From positions 23,334 through 87,333 of the forward strand of contig WGNE01000002.1 of assembly GCA_016124645.1 (NCBI GenBank): 64,000 bases of DNA. The letters are read 5' to 3'. This document shows positions 61,758 through 64,000 of the stretch, piece after piece. The first letter of the stretch is position 1; each line of letters opens with the position of its first letter. This DNA is from Alphaproteobacteria bacterium (GTDB taxonomy: Bacteria; Pseudomonadota; Alphaproteobacteria; Micavibrionales; UBA2020). The translations under genes and the position numbers were made by a program. The notes beneath the pieces are model-generated. The model did not search any database. It saw nothing but the letters and a program-made list of their open reading frames with translations, and was not told the DNA's origin.

Positions 61758-62267
61758 ATGAGCGACCGCATCAAGTCATACAAGGAATTCTGGCCCTATT
61801 ACCTTTCCGAGCACCGCAAGCCCGCGACGCGCAACATGCACATCGCCGGCACGCTGGGCGGGGTGGCCGTGGGAGTCGCGGCGGTGGCCTCGGGCTTCGG
61901 CCTGCTGGCGCTGGGCGGCGTGGCGGTGGCCTATGGCGCGGCATGGACGGCCCATGCCTTCATCGAGAAGAACACGCCCGCCACCTTCAAATACCCGCTC
62001 TGGTCGCTGGTCAGCGATTTCAAGATGGTCGGTCACTGGGCCACTGGCACCCTGCAAAAGGAAGTCGATAAGCATCTGGGCGCCCAGCCCGAAGCGAGGA
62101 CGGCCAGTCGGCCCGCCGCAAAACCCCAAGGCCCCAAAAGATCCCTCGGCAAGAAAATGAAGGGGCTTTCCAGCCGCTTCACGCAAGCGGTCAAAAGGGC
62201 GATGCCGGGCGGGAAAGAGCAAAAACCCGCGAATGCGCAAAAGCCGCAGCCGAAACCGGGGGTTTGA
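61758..62267 (+). CDS. DUF962 (Mpo1-like) membrane protein
   Basis: FWPYYLSEHRKPATRNMHIAGT...AHAFIEKNTPATFKYPLWSLVSDFKM matches the DUF962 signature. Lys/Pro-rich tail. Confidence 0.75.
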   Translation: MSDRIKSYKEFWPYYLSEHRKPATRNMHIAGTLGGVAVGVAAVASGFGLLALGGVAVAYGAAWTAHAFIEKNTPATFKYPLWSLVSDFKMVGHWATGTLQKEVDKHLGAQPEARTASRPAAKPQGPKRSLGKKMKGLSSRFTQAVKRAMPGGKEQKPANAQKPQPKPGV

Positions 62268-62329
62268 CCTGTCGCCATGCCCGCGCAGGGGTGGCGGTAT
62301 GGAGGGGTTTTTCTGGTAAAACAACCCTG

Positions 62330-62357
62330 TTGACAAAGCCCCGTAAATCCTTATATT
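62330..62357 (+). promoter_or_regulatory. candidate sigma70-type promoter of rpsD
   Basis: TTGACA (62330-62335), a 16-nt spacer, then TATATT (62352-62357). This leaves a ~100-nt leader before the ATG at 62462. Confidence 0.45.
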
Positions 62358-62461
62358 CGCAGCATTCCGGTGAAAGTGGGGATGGCAATAGTTGCTATCC
62401 GCCGGTCGCCTCGCAAGAGGGTCGAACTACCCGGACAATGTAAAAATATTGAGGAAAAACA

Positions 62462-63076
62462 ATGGCTAAACGTCCACAAGCAAAACATAAAATCGACCGC
62501 CGCCTTGGTGTAAACCTGTGGGGTCGTGCGAAATCTCCCTTCAACAAGCGCGAATACGGCCCCGGCCAGCACGGCCAGGCCCGCAAAAAGCCGACCGACT
62601 ACGCGATCCAGCTGCACGCCAAGCAAAAGCTGCGCGGCTACTACGCGAACATCGGCGAAAACCAGTTCTATCGCCTTTACGTTGAAGCCCGCCGCCGCAA
62701 GGGCGACACCAGCATGAACCTCATCGAGCTGCTGGAGCGCCGTCTGGACGCCGCGGTTTACCGCATGAAATTCGTGCCGACCATCTTCGCGGCACGCCAG
62801 TTCGTCAACCACGGCCACGTGAAGGTGAACGGCAAGCGCGTCAACATCCCGTCCTACTCCCTGAAAGACGGCGACATCATCGAAGTGCGCGAAAAATCCC
62901 GCAACATGGCCCTCTACATCATGGCCAGCGAAGCGGTTGACCGCGAAGTTCCCGGCTATATGGAAGTCGATCACAAGGCCGGCACCGGCAAATTCATCCG
63001 CGGCCCGAAACTGGAAGAAGTTCCGTACCCGGTCCGCATGGAACCGAACCTGATCGTCGAATTCTATTCGCGTTAA
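62462..63076 (+). CDS. rpsD: 30S ribosomal protein S4
   Basis: [22 protein letters not shown]...YGPGQHGQ...LERRLD...[19 protein letters not shown]. 204 aa. Confidence 0.97.
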   Translation: MAKRPQAKHKIDRRLGVNLWGRAKSPFNKREYGPGQHGQARKKPTDYAIQLHAKQKLRGYYANIGENQFYRLYVEARRRKGDTSMNLIELLERRLDAAVYRMKFVPTIFAARQFVNHGHVKVNGKRVNIPSYSLKDGDIIEVREKSRNMALYIMASEAVDREVPGYMEVDHKAGTGKFIRGPKLEEVPYPVRMEPNLIVEFYSR

Positions 63077-63114
63077 TGAACTATTCTACTCGCGTTCATT
63101 CGCGAGGACACGAA

Positions 63115-63151
63115 ACAAAAAAGCCGCTCTGGTCACAGGGCGGCTTTTTTG
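63115..63151 (+). terminator. rho-independent terminator after rpsD
   Basis: AAAAAAGCCGC...GCGGCTTTTTT hairpin (stem 63122-63127 / 63140-63145), followed by a T-run. Confidence 0.65.
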
Positions 63152-63176
63152 CTTTTATAGACCATCGGGGGGCGAC

Positions 63177-63881
63177 ATGAAAAAATTCCTTTTTCTTGAT
63201 TTCGACAATACCATGATGGAGACGGAGCCTTTCGCCGTGCCTTCCCTCATCGCGCGGTTCAACGAATTGTACGGCACGCAGATACCGGCCCCCCTGACGG
63301 CGGCGGAGTTTCAGGAGCATTTCCACGGGCAAGCGCGCGAGGGATTGTGCGAAAACCTCTCCGCCCATTTCGGCATCCATATCGACTACGCGACGCTCTA
63401 CAAGGACCGCGAATGGTTCATGATGCAGCACCTGCAAAACGCGGCGGGCGGCGTGCCCATGGCCAAGGGCCTGCTGGAAGCGCTGACCGAGCTGCACGGG
63501 CGGGGCGTCACGCTTTCCTTCGTTTCCAACAACCCCGTGCAGCGCGCGCTGGCCGCCATGCGCTACGCCGACAACGGGCAGGGGGACGCGCTGGCCGCGC
63601 TTTTCGGCACAAGGTTCTTCGAGGCGGGGGACGTGCAAAAGCCGAAACCCGACGTCTATCTGCGCGCCATGGCGCAGGTGGGCGCGCCGCCCGCGGGCTG
63701 CGTCGCCGTGGAAGACAGCGTGACGGGCGCGACGGCGGCCGCGGCCGCGGGGCTGACCGTCTTTGGCTATACCGGCTTCGCGCCCGACGCGCAGGCCGCC
63801 GGCAAGAAGCTGACCGGCGCCGGCTGCATCGGCGTGTTCAGCGACTGGGCCTATTTCCCGCGCGTTTTTTCGGAGCTTTGA
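63177..63881 (+). CDS. HAD-superfamily hydrolase (beta-phosphoglucomutase-like subfamily IA)
   Basis: Motif I FLDFDNTMME, motif II VSNN, motif III KPKPDVY, motif IV VEDSVTG. Confidence 0.85.
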   Translation: MKKFLFLDFDNTMMETEPFAVPSLIARFNELYGTQIPAPLTAAEFQEHFHGQAREGLCENLSAHFGIHIDYATLYKDREWFMMQHLQNAAGGVPMAKGLLEALTELHGRGVTLSFVSNNPVQRALAAMRYADNGQGDALAALFGTRFFEAGDVQKPKPDVYLRAMAQVGAPPAGCVAVEDSVTGATAAAAAGLTVFGYTGFAPDAQAAGKKLTGAGCIGVFSDWAYFPRVFSEL

Positions 63882-64000
63882 TCTTCCCTTGTCATGCCCG
63901 CTTCACGCGGGCATCCGGTGCACCCGCAAGGGCGCAGATTTAAAAACGTGGATTTTTACTTCCAGCTTTTCTTCCCCGTCAGGCAGGCGAAGATGCCGTG

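Noticed and set aside
63956-64000. A probable 3' end of a minus-strand gene (...HGIFACLTGKKSWK*) running off the window, plus an ATGCCCGC-N5-GCGGGCAT hairpin at 63891-63913.
   Set aside because: Only 14 codons are visible, which is too little to support a call. The hairpin lacks a U-run.
1-64000. A window-wide scan for tRNA, rRNA, tmRNA, transposases, integrases, phage genes or toxin-antitoxin pairs.
   Set aside because: No cloverleaf-like T-arm motifs turned up in any intergenic gap. No DDE or tyrosine recombinase signatures appeared among the ORFs. The accessory genes are not bounded by recognisable att or IR sites apart from the palindromic repeat family reported above.

Overview
High-GC chromosomal segment (roughly 60-65% GC by eye, not computed). 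Gene content and operon layouts are typical of an alphaproteobacterium: F0 operon atpI-atpB-atpE-b'-b, ybgC-tolQRAB, and rsfS-rlmH-M23-ctpA-yibQ-rppH. I count about 57 protein-coding genes. I found no rRNA, tRNA, CRISPR array, transposase or integrase. Housekeeping blocks are yebC-ruvCAB, tol, putA, F0 ATP synthase, metF, tamAB and rpsD. A full Phe/Tyr catabolic route (phhA, hppD, hmgA, maiA, FAH-family hydrolase) is present but physically split by inserted genes. The accessory genes between the conserved operons are the interesting part. (1) Three translationally coupled ankyrin-repeat genes share a C-terminal module I cannot name, and a fourth ANK gene lies 7 kb away. (2) A ~985-aa polytopic membrane protein has DotA/TraY-like motifs, has no other type IVB genes nearby, and sits just upstream of tamAB. 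(3) A nested palindromic repeat family (core CCCTCTCCCGC-NN-GCGGGAGAGGG, 9 cores at 4 loci) has two composite copies that directly flank a DUF559 endonuclease gene. Those copies are read in frame at the 5' ends of two genes of an ATGA-coupled hmgA operon. (4) Two paralogous GNAT-like genes lie 7 kb apart, one of them next to an M20 amidohydrolase. (5) One secreted protein is built almost entirely of (K/R)(K/R)D-hydrophobic-(H/R)xD heptads. (6) There are several orphan HExxH or kinase-like hypothetical proteins, a tandem phaZ duplication, and an unusually short TamB. All product calls come from reading the translated ORFs and recalling family signatures. No searches or computations were run. 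Many long alternative-frame ORFs in the track are high-GC artefacts and were discarded.
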